NCBI RefSeq assembly: GCF_006345805.1
Contig: NW_021827020.1
Span: forward strand, 1 to 11,361
Source of the DNA: Octopus sinensis
Taxonomy: Eukaryota
Length of the DNA stretch: 11,361 nucleotides
Direction of reading: 5' to 3'
Shown: in pieces, positions 1-8,164 of the stretch
Position numbering within the stretch: position 1 is the stretch's first letter
Layout: each line of letters opens with the position of its first letter
Notes under the pieces: generated by a model
The model's database searches: none
Told to the model about the DNA's origin: nothing
Seen by the model: only the letters and a program-made list of their open reading frames with translations
Program-made: the position numbers and the translations under genes

Positions 1-112
1 AATAAGAGAAGATATATTGGTTGAAAAATGTTCAAAGGCTTGGAATTAGATTTCTCTATTGAAGTAAAGTGCAAGGTGAACTAAATGTTCAAACTATACA
101 GACTGGTAAGAA

Positions 113-544
113 TCACTTATATGAGCTAAAGGTATGTTTCTGCTAGTGCTTACATTTATAAGATAGCTCTATAAGTGCGTTAACAAGAAGATACTTAGAG
201 AAGAGAATATGGAAGAGTTCAGAATTGCAAATGTTACAAAATCCTTTGCCCTTATCATAAGGAAAAGATACGGACAGGATGAATCAATCTAACTTAAAAT
301 CTTTATTATTGTCTTTAAGATACCAAACCAATTTACTTAGGCCTGTGCTATGACGTTTACTGATATCCCTAAATGAAGAATAATGATTGGAAATTCTCTT
401 AGATAACTGGGAAGAGGACGCGCCAATGTAGAAGTAGACATCGGTACCACAAGAAATTTTACATTGGTATATAGAATTCTTGATCTTAGAATTATTAGAC
501 GTAAATTTAATTCTGTTGGGGTTGTCCTCAGAGACCAAAACCAT
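113..544 (-). mobile_element. Penelope-like retroelement remnant: C-terminal GIY-YIG endonuclease region, pseudogenised
   Basis: ORF 284-544 reads ..NSIYQCKISCGTDVYFYIGASSSQLSKRISNHYSSFRD..STGLSKLVWYLKDNNKDFKLD, giving the IY..YIG motif plus R..NH..SF. Manual read-through of the TGA at 284-286 continues in frame: FILSVSFPYDKGKGFCNICNSELFHILFSKYLLVNALIELSYKCKH*QKHTFSSYK*, with TAG at 143-145 and a final TGA at 113-115. The W-x-I-L, PY, CxxC and CxH layout matches animal PLE endonuclease C-termini as I know them. No RT portion is present, and the 5' side ends at an (AAT)n tract. Confidence 0.8.
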
Positions 545-555
545 GTTTTTATTGC

Positions 556-572
556 TATTATTATTATTATTA

Positions 573-635
<63 letters not shown>
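556..635. repeat. (TAT)n/(AAT)n microsatellite abutting the 5'-truncated end of the PLE fragment
   Basis: Direct reading of tattattatt... with rare interruptions. It explains the poly-I and poly-N ORFs 337-645 and 464-661. Confidence 0.97.
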
Positions 636-637
<2 letters not shown>

Positions 638-870
638 CTTCTCATAATACCTGTCTGCTAAATAAAAGTTCATTATCTGGGAGTTCCAACATTAATTTTG
701 TTAATTCCAGCCCGTCACATAATAATAATTATGCAATAAAAATATGCATTGAAAATAAAATGGCGATGATGTAGACCTCCTCATACGGGAGAAACTCCAG
801 CGAGGGCCCCCATCAACGAACCCCACATATTCAGCATCACCTTGACCACCAGTGACACGAAGCCCCCGAC

Positions 871-873
<3 letters not shown>

Positions 874-907
<34 letters not shown>
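874..907. repeat. (CT)n microsatellite
   Basis: Uninterrupted ctctct run. Confidence 0.97.
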
Positions 908-909
<2 letters not shown>

Positions 910-937
910 GCTCTCCAATCTACACCAATCTGCTATC

Positions 938-998
938 ACCACCACCAACAACAACAACAATATTTATAACACTAGCTCTAATAGAAAATAGCAGCAGC

Positions 999-1036
<38 letters not shown>

Positions 1037-1040
1037 AAGC

Positions 1041-1074
<34 letters not shown>

Positions 1075-1690
1075 ATGATGGTGATGGTGGTGGTGACGAT
1101 GACGATGATGATGGTGGTGGTGGTGGCGGTGGAGTTGCTGGTAGAGATGACGATGCTGCTAGTGGTGATGATGATGATGATGAGGTTGACGATGATGTAA
1201 TTGTTCTTGTTATTGTTGTTGCCATTGTGAACAATAGTTCAGCCATTCCCACGCTCACTGTTGCTGCTGCTGCTGATGGTGATGATGATGATGATGTGGA
1301 GGGGGGAGATGGTGCTGCTGTTGTTGCTGCTGCAGATGACGATGATGGTGATGACGTCGACAATAATAATGGTAGCGATGGTGGTGGTGATGAGGATGAT
1401 GATGATGATGATAATGATAGTTGTAATGATGATGATGGTGATGTCGATCATGATGATGATGGCGGTGGCAAAGACGAAGCTGTTTGCTGTCCACCACTAT
1501 CCACCGCCGCCACCACCCTCTACCTCCACCCCCGCTTCTCCATCTCCTCCTCGTCGTCCATCACCTCATCCTTCTCCTCTCATTGTTCTACGTCACACCA
1601 ACCAGCTGTTATCATCCATCGCAAAACCCCACCAACACCGCCGTCACCACCACCCCTTCCGCGCTTCCCCACCTGCCCTTCCCTTTCCAC
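938..1690. repeat. Compound triplet microsatellite and low-complexity block: (ACC)(ACA), (AGC)(AGT)n, (GAT)/(GGT)/(GTT)/(GCT)n, then C-rich (CCA)/(TCC)/(ACC)
   Basis: Direct reading. It produces the poly-S/D/G, poly-M/V, poly-H and poly-L ORFs in the track. Confidence 0.93.
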
Positions 1691-1875
1691 TGCTGCAAGT
1701 TGTCTGTCAAGACGAACAGGCATTGACAGCTGTGCATTCTTCACAGCAGATGCATCGCTCTCCTCCTCTTGCATCCTTTCCCAAAACACTAGCCAAGCAC
1801 ATGCTAGAAATAGCAACCAAATCACCAGCAGATCTTAAAATATATAGGGTACTAAAAAAAAAATCTCTCCGCAAT

Positions 1876-2273
1876 AAGGAGTGGCTGTGTGGTAAGTGGC
1901 TTGCTAACCAACCACATGGTTCCGGGTTCAGTCCCACTGCATGGCACCTTGGGCAAGTGTCTTCTACTATAGCCTCGGGCCGACCAGAGCCTTGTGAGTG
2001 GATTTGGTAGAGGGGAAACTGAAAGAAGCCCGTCGTATATATGGATATATATATATGTTTGTGTGTCTGTGTTTATTCCCCCAACATCGCTTGACAACCG
2101 ATGCTGGTGTGTTTACGTTCTCCGTAACTTAGCGGTTCGGCAAAAGAGGCCGATAGAATAAGTACTAGGCTTACAAAGAATAAGTCCTGGGGTCGATTTG
2201 TTCGACTAAAGGCGGTGCTCCAGCATGGCCGCAGTCAAAATACTGAAACACGTAAAAGAGTAAAGAGTAAGTA
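1876..2273 (+). mobile_element. tRNA-derived SINE, apparently full length, resembling octopus OK/OR-type CORE-like SINEs
   Basis: Pol III A-box-like TGGCTGTGTGG at 1882-1892 and B-box-like GGTTCAGTCCC at 1925-1935. CORE-like CCTTGGGCAAGT at 1947-1958, an internal TA/TG tract at ~2036-2072, and an A-rich repetitive tail gtaaaagagtaaagagtaa. A second copy lies at 9494-9652. The family name is from memory, not from a database search. Confidence 0.88.
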
Positions 2274-2632
2274 TTTAATGGTTTTCGGGCGATTCTTGTA
2301 AACTGATCCCTTTTACTTGCTCCTCAGAAAAAAGAAAAAAAAGGTCTGGCGGTGTTAAATCAGGTGATCTTGGTGGTGGCCAAAATCCCTTCGAAATAAT
2401 CCGTTCACCGAAAAACCCTTGAAGTAGCGCCGTTTTTTTAAATTATTTTTTTGCTTCCTTTTGCGTTTTATTTCTTTCCTTTTCTTAAATCGTTCGCTCT
2501 TACTACTCCCCCCCGTCCTACCCACACTCGAGGGGTCTGTCTCCACCTCACTCCCCTCTCTCTATTCATTTGTCTACCTCTTTCCGCCGCCTTCCTTATT
2601 AACACTAATATGTATGCTACGAGCCCGGAAAA

Positions 2633-2658
2633 AGAGAGAGAGAGAGAGAGAGAGAGAG
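2633..2658. repeat. (AG)n microsatellite
   Basis: Direct reading. Confidence 0.97.
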
Positions 2659-3145
2659 GGAAAGAGAGATTTACATGGTTGCTAGATTAGTTAGAAATAG
2701 CAGCCAACTCTTCCACAAGTCACACCCTCCTACTTATGCGTGTATGTGTTTCCCCTCTCTCCTATTCTTTACTCCCTCTGCCTTCTTCAACTCTTCCCCT
2801 CCTCTACCACCTGATCTATGGTTTATGCGTTGTCTTTCTTTCTCGGCTGCCCGCCTTTGAGGTCAGTTGCATCTGTTTCCTTCCATTTCGCCATCCGTTC
2901 AGTTAAAATTTTCCCATTTCCTTTCTCCTTGCGCTAGCTTACTACACTGTCTGATTAGTCGAAAGACTGTTTTGTTTTATTTTTGTTGTACAACCGAAAG
3001 GCTTTTGTCCAGTGTATGTATATAATTCTATTTCTTATCTTACGTTCATCCGATACTCGAAAGACCCTTTCTCGTTGTTATTTCATTGTGTTTGTATATA
3101 TACTTTCGTTTGCCTTGCTCAGGGGTTTAAATGCTTTTAGCTTAA

Positions 3146-3362
3146 CCCTTTTGTTACCATATTTCTGTTGAGATGTTCTGTGTTTCTTTCAATTACTTCA
3201 ATATAACAGAATTTAGTAAAATAACTTAGTTATCATTAAGCTAGTGTTAGGAACATAAATTGTGACTAAGGTTTGGTGGAAGATTTTAATTCAAAACTTA
3301 TGAAAACAAGACATTTGTACTCAGAGCCAGAGGCGATTTTGGCCGGGTTGGTATAAAAAGGG
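3146..3362. mobile_element. Non-autonomous piggyBac-type DNA transposon (MITE), 217 bp
   Basis: TTAA at 3142-3145 and at 3363-3366 (target site duplication). Ends are CCCTTTTGTTACCA and TGGTATAAAAAGGG, a 14-bp TIR with 12/14 identity. CCC...GGG termini within TTAA are characteristic of piggyBac. No coding capacity. Confidence 0.85.
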
Positions 3363-3539
3363 TTAAGCCCTTGGCCCAACTGGTTTCGAGTAACATCAGA
3401 GATGATTGGGCAAAGCTACGTGCACATTCCAGGCTCAACTGAAGAAACAATTGGCTGTGAATGATCCATGGATCTTGTTTTGTCCTGTTTGTTGTTGTTA
3501 TCGTTCTTTCCCTGCCTGTTGTCTATTGACAATTTCTGT

Positions 3540-3737
3540 TATGTATTTTACCATATATTTTTATATATACATATTCACAAATATGCATATACAATTCACA
3601 AAACCGTTTACAAACATACACACATATGCACACACACGCACACATACACACACACACATGCATATATACATGTTTATAGAAACATATTTCCATACATACA
3701 TATCTATATATGTTTACATATCTATATAATTAATATA
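3540..3737. repeat. Degenerate (TA)/(CA) dinucleotide tract
   Basis: Direct reading. It is the source of the THTHTH and YIYI ORFs. Confidence 0.9.
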
Positions 3738-3813
3738 GGATAACATTTTTTTCGGGAAAAATTTTTTATCAATGGCCAGCATATCAAAAAATGCCTTTAA
3801 AATTAAAATTTAT

Positions 3814-4182
3814 ACATAATTTACAAGATAAGGGCAGAAGAAAAATTCTAATGCCAAATATGCCGAAACGAAAAAAATTTTTGTCGATAACCATTATAAT
3901 TTATGCGTCTCGAAACAAACCGATAGAAATCTCTAAAAAATTCGTTATTACCGTATTGGTCCAATTTCGGGGTTAATTCATAAGAAATTTTCCCCTCTTC
4001 AGCGGCAAATACGCGAGATATAAATGAAATACCAGGATCAATACGGTAATAACGAATTTTTTAGAGATTTCTATCGGTTTGTTTCGAGACGCATAAATTA
4101 TAATGGTTATCGACAAAATTTTTTTTGTTTCGTCATATTTGGCATTAGAATTTTTCTTCTGCCCTTATCTTGTAAATTATGT
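3814..4182. repeat. Long inverted repeat (foldback): arms 3814-3962 and 4035-4182, 72-bp spacer; possible MITE
   Basis: The left arm acataatttacaagataagggcagaag...ttaccgtattggtcc is the reverse complement of ggatcaatacggtaa...cttctgcccttatcttgtaaattatgt. By hand alignment there are 3 substitutions and 1 single-base indel over ~149 bp. The arms are complex sequence, not microsatellite. No clear TSD. Confidence 0.95.
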
Positions 4183-4186
4183 TTAC

Positions 4187-4226
4187 ATATATATATATAT
4201 TATTATTATTATTATTATTATTATTA
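4187..4226. repeat. (TA)n then (TAT)n microsatellite
   Basis: Direct reading. Confidence 0.95.
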
Positions 4227-4454
4227 CAATTTTACCAATATTACCACAACTTCAATTTCAGGAAACTTTATTTACTGAAGTACACATAGAAAATTATATC
4301 CAACATACTAATCTAATAATATAAGCATTTTAAAGCCTACTATAACATACAATAAGAATAAAGTACATTAGAATTAATTATAAATTATTTAAACACACTT
4401 GTAACTATTTATTTTTCCGTGTTAATTGTTAACAAGGTAAAAATACACTCATCT

Positions 4455-4510
4455 ATTTATATTTATAACATCTATATATATGTGTGTGTACATCTATATA
4501 TTTATTCATA

Positions 4511-4552
<42 letters not shown>

Positions 4553-4720
4553 CATGTGTGTACATCTATATATTTATTCATATTAATATATATATATAAT
4601 ATATATATATAAACTACATAAATATACACACACACACACGTATATATGCATATAATTATACGTGTGCATGTGTGCTTGTACAGGTGTGTTCCTATGTAAC
4701 TAAGTACATATGACTATTTG

Positions 4721-4766
<46 letters not shown>

Positions 4767-4790
4767 ATATATTTATATATATATTTCTAT
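4455..4790. repeat. TA/TG/CA dinucleotide region containing a 72-bp-period tandem duplication (4483-4526 and 4555-4598)
   Basis: tgtgtgtacatctatatatttattcatattaatatatat occurs twice, 72 bp apart. Confidence 0.88.
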
Positions 4791-4889
4791 GGAGACACAT
4801 ACATGTGTGGGAGTGTACACACTTAATCAGGTGCAAATTTAATAGCAGTGAAAGCAAACAGAAAAAACATTTCAGCGCCATCTACGTAA

Positions 4890-4957
4890 ACAGCAGCAAC
4901 AATAATAATAATAACAATAACTACAACAACGAAAAGAAGAAGGAGGAGGAGGAGGAT
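4890..4957. repeat. Degenerate triplet tract (CAG)(CAA)(TAA)(GAA)(GAG) flanking element X copy 1
   Basis: Direct reading. Confidence 0.85.
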
Positions 4958-5504
4958 AAATGCCCTAATGCAGTACCAGGCAGTAGCCCTCGTGGCTTCT
5001 GATCTTAACTGATTGGAAGTGTTATCATGTACATTGTTTTGTGTTGGTATAAAAGATGGCCTACAGCAAATATTCTGCTCAATACCACAGATTTGCTTGT
5101 CAGTTGTTTGACCTTAACCAGTTGAGCATGTCCCTTGGTGGCTGACGATATGTGCATCTCTGATCACGAGCAGAAGTAGTGCGGGAGCATCATAGCCATG
5201 TGTTGAAAGGGATTCTTTGGGGGTTTGGATAATTCACCTCTGGAAACATGGGTGTTTCGTTCAACATCCCTAAACATTATTTAGGGATCTTTTGAGTGGG
5301 ATGGGCTACTTTACCTGAAGAAAATCCTAACTGGGCTCCACCTGCGCTGTTTATCTTTGTGTGAGATTATCATGTCGCGCATATATAGTTGTGATACATG
5401 TACCTGGTGTACCCTTATTAGACGGGGTGTCATAATGGTTATATTAGGCTTAGTATATTTTACCCCAGTGTCACTTTGATGGCATGCACTGCTCTCTCTC
5501 TCTC
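4958..5504. mobile_element. Unclassified ~550-bp non-coding interspersed element (element X), copy 1
   Basis: Colinear with 7454-8009, with the same termini (AAATGCCC... and ...GCATGCACTGCTCTCTC). Roughly 85-90% identical by eye. No long ORF, no TIR, no recognisable tRNA A/B boxes, and flanked by AAT-type tracts. Orientation is undetermined. Confidence 0.85.
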
Positions 5505-5546
5505 AATAATAATAATAATAATAATAATAATGATGATGATGACGAT
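5505..5546. repeat. (AAT)n grading into (GAT)n
   Basis: Direct reading. Confidence 0.95.
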
Positions 5547-5588
5547 GATTTCAAATTTTTCCTCAAGCGCAGCAGTTTCGGGAAAAAT

Positions 5589-5828
5589 GATAAGTGACTA
5601 TGGAACATAGTTATTCCTGTAGAAATTGGTGCACTTGTCACAACACCCAGAAATGATGCCTAAGACACTGAAAGAGATTGGGATTGAAATTACCATTGTT
5701 GAGCTGCAGAAAAGTACCATCCTATATTCTGCAAAAACTCGTTAAAAAGGTACTTGACATTTGAGGAAAGTTATTGTCACCAAACCTCAGGATAAAATAA
5801 CTACCAACTAAATTAGCACGTCCTAGCG
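5589..5828 (+). mobile_element. R4/Dong-like non-LTR retrotransposon, extreme 3' fragment (end of RLE domain plus 3' UTR), family A
   Basis: Manual translation with two frameshifts: DK*LWNIVIPVEIGALVT / PEMMPKTLKEIGIEITIVELQKSTILYSAK / LVKKVLDI* (stop 5762-5764). This parallels the LWN..VIP..IGALG and LQK..L..A.IL..VL C-terminus of RLE-type LINEs and the same region of the element at 5918-7432. A 64-nt UTR follows, then (TAA)n. Confidence 0.7.
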
Positions 5829-5852
5829 TAATGATAATAATAATAAAATAAT

Positions 5853-5883
<31 letters not shown>

Positions 5884-5917
5884 GCAATAATAATAATAAT
5901 AATAACAATAATAATAA
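5829..5917. repeat. (TAA)n tract: tail of family A fragment and insertion site of family B element
   Basis: Direct reading. Confidence 0.95.
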
Positions 5918-7432
5918 TGGATTAGAAAAATGCGCCAAAGTAACCCTGAAAATAGGAAAACTAGTTAAGAGTAGCAACATCACACTAGATAAAACCTATG
6001 AAATAAAAGAATTAGACCAAAGCCAAACTTACAAATACTTAGGAATCCATGAACTAGATAAGACACAACACACACAAATGAAAGAGAAAATAAAAAAAGA
6101 ATATTATAGACGAGTTAGATCAATACTAAAAACAGAGCTCAATGCTAAAAACAAGATAATAGGTATCAACACTTTAGCTGTCCCAGTTATAAGTTACAGC
6201 TACAATATCTTTAACTGGACACGAAATGAACTGACCAAAATAGATTGGAAAACAAGAAAAATAATGACAGGATCTAGGATGCATTACCCAAAATCTGACA
6301 TAGAAAGACTATATATACAACGTATAGAAGGTGTAGAGGCCTTATACAACTGGAAAACTACTATAAAATAACCACCATAGGACTGCAAAAATATCTACTT
6401 CAGAAGGAAGGAAAACTGATACATAGCGGCAAAAACGAGCAAAACAAAAAACTGTTCTCAGTATTTAAGGAAGCTGACAAATACAAACAAGAAATCATAC
6501 CACCTAATAATATGAAGAAGAAGAAAAGATGATGAAGAAACAACAAAAGCTATAAAACAAATGTAATCCAACTAAAATATAACAGCAACGAACCATGATA
6601 AAACGATGGGAAGAGCCCCCCTTCATGGTAAATACTGGACTAAACTAAACGCAAAAGAAAAGACAAAGAAAAATCCCAGCAATGGTTGAGAAGCTCATGA
6701 CTCAAAGCAGAAACAGGGGGATTTTTAATTGCAGCACAAGACCAAAGCCTCCCCACCAGAATTACCAAAAACATTATGAAAAGAAATATAACAAGTAACT
6801 GCAGAATATGTGGAGATGGACAAGAACAATAAATCATATTATCTCTAGCTGCCCAGTCCTGGCTAAGAAGAATATATTCACAGACATGACAAAGTTGGAA
6901 CCTACATACATGGAAGCTATGCCAACATTATGGAATAACAACAGAAAAAAGATGGTATAGGCACACACCAGAAAAGGTCACAGAAAACGAGAAAGCAACC
7001 ATACTCTGGGATATGCCGATACACACAGATAGAGAAATTAAGGAGGCCAGATATAGTTGTCAGAGATCATGAAGAAAAAAATGCTTTCTAATTGAGGTTA
7101 TTAATACCAGCCGATGACAACGTGTCTCTAAAAGAAATGGAGAAACTCTCAAAATACATAGCCTGAAAATAGAGGTAACCAGATGTGGAATCTGAAAACA
7201 GAAACAATTCCTATCATAGTAGGTGTATTAGGCATGATAAAAAATATTCAGACAAATACAAACACATATAACATACAGAAAATTGCACTACTTGGCACTG
7301 CACACATCCTACGCAGAACATTTTCCATACAATAACCATCAGAGCATCACAACAAATCACAACACATACCCAAGGCACACAGAGCTGCGCTCGGTAATGA
7401 AGTGAAAGCACGCTATAAAAATAAAACTACTG
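5918..7432 (+). mobile_element. R4/Dong-like non-LTR retrotransposon, 5'-truncated and decayed (RT C-terminus, CCHC knuckle, restriction-like endonuclease, 3' UTR), family B
   Basis: The frame opens at 5919 with GLEKCAKV and YKYLG (late RT motifs) and continues into ORF 6078-6371. A 1-nt deletion in EG(G)RGL at ~6333 shifts the frame. Broken frames then give PLHGKYW, WLRSS*LKAET-GFLIAAQDQSL, CRIC (6800-6811) with H and C, RHD (6882-6890), RPDIV (PD 7047-7052), IPIIVG-LG and QKIALLGTAHILRRTFSIQ* (stop 7333-7335). The 3' UTR runs to 7432 and is followed by an (AAT)7 tail. Confidence 0.93.
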
Positions 7433-7453
7433 AATAATAATAATAATAATAAT

Positions 7454-8009
7454 AAATGCCCTGATGCAGTGGCAGTGGCTCACATGTCTTCTGATCTTAA
7501 CTGATTGGAAGTGTTATCATGTACATTATTTTGTCTTGGTATAAAAGATGGGCTACAGCAAATATTCTGCTCAATACCACAGATTTGCTTGTCAGTTGTT
7601 TGACCTTAACCTGTTGATTATGTCCCTTAGTGGCTGACGATATGTGCATCTCTGATCACGAGCAGAAGTAGTAGGGGAAAATCATAGCCATGGGTTGAGA
7701 GGGATTCTTTGGGGGCTTGAATAATTCACTTCTGGAAACATGGGTGGTTCGTTCAACGTCCTTAAACAAACCTTATTCAGGGCTCTTTTGAGCGGGATGG
7801 GCTACTCAACCTGAAGAAAATTCTAACTGGGCCCCACCTACAAGTTCATGTGCTGTTTATCTTGATATGTGATCACCATGTCACGCACATATTGTTGTGA
7901 TGCATGTGCCTGGTGTACCCTTATCAGACGGGTAGTCATGACGGGTATACTTGGCTTCATATATTTGTACCCCAGTATAACTTTGATGGCATGCACTGCT
8001 CTCTCACTC
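7454..8009. mobile_element. Unclassified ~550-bp non-coding interspersed element (element X), copy 2
   Basis: Same termini and internal sequence as 4958-5504. Flanked by pure (AAT)n on both sides (7433-7453 and 8010-8050). Confidence 0.85.

Positions 8010-8050
<41 letters not shown>
8010..8050. repeat. (AAT)n microsatellite
   Basis: Direct reading. Confidence 0.97.
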
Positions 8051-8051
<1 letters not shown>

Positions 8052-8164
8052 TGTTATGGCGATGGTAAGGATGAAGCGGCAAAGGAAGATGGCGGACATT
8101 GACAGAAGCAGAGACAATCACCAAGATTTTGTGTCATTCTATATTATATCAATCTGAGCAGAGT

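Noticed and set aside
284-286. In-frame TGA in the PLE fragment as selenocysteine or recoding (some Naiad PLEs encode selenoproteins)
   Set aside because: It falls at a position where Trp is expected rather than Cys, a second in-frame TAG lies at 143-145, and I saw no SECIS-like element. A simple TGG to TGA mutation explains it.
6-643. 11-bp inverted match GAGAAGATATA (6-16) and TATATCTTCTC (633-643) around the PLE fragment
   Set aside because: Too short and AT-rich, partly overlapping a microsatellite edge, so expected by chance.
770-805. HTGETP peptide resembling the C2H2 zinc-finger linker HTGEKP
   Set aside because: A stop lies a few codons upstream and no CxxC/HxxxH spacing is present on either side.
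1876-1945. tRNA gene at the SINE head (also 9494-9560)
   Set aside because: A and B boxes are present, but there is no complete cloverleaf and the sequence runs directly into the SINE body.
852-2010. Long ORFs 852-1838 (328 aa), 920-1363, 1261-2010 as real CDS
   Set aside because: They are homopolymeric translations of triplet repeats. ORF 852-1838 has a GTG start and no internal Met, and ORF 1261-2010 ends by reading through a SINE. No domain is recognisable.
2357-2376. ~20-bp inverted similarity to 11224-11242, both containing an E-box (CACCTG / palindromic ATCACGTGAT)
   Set aside because: One gap and one mismatch in 20 nt is roughly chance level for an 11-kb self-comparison, and there is no gene or TSS context to support a regulatory call.
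5135-5250. CTGACGA in element X as a hammerhead core, C/D box or SECIS
   Set aside because: No stem II closing onto a GAAA at the right spacing, and no apical AA at SECIS spacing. A covariance search would be needed, and by eye it fails.
5547-5590. Short piece gatttcaaattttcctcaagcgcagcagtttcggg that I recall as resembling the reverse-strand tail of an octopus SINE
   Set aside because: The resemblance is from memory only, with no second copy in this window to verify it. Left unassigned.
6640-7411. Minus-strand ORFs 6640-6837 and 7214-7411 (likewise 10009-10260 and 10541-10735)
   Set aside because: Antisense shadows of LINE coding sequence with no independent protein features.
4958-8009. X1 and X2 as LTRs of a single LTR retrotransposon or composite element
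   Set aside because: No TG...CA ends, PBS or PPT. The interior is two unrelated non-LTR fragments, each copy has its own AAT flanks, and the copies are substantially diverged.
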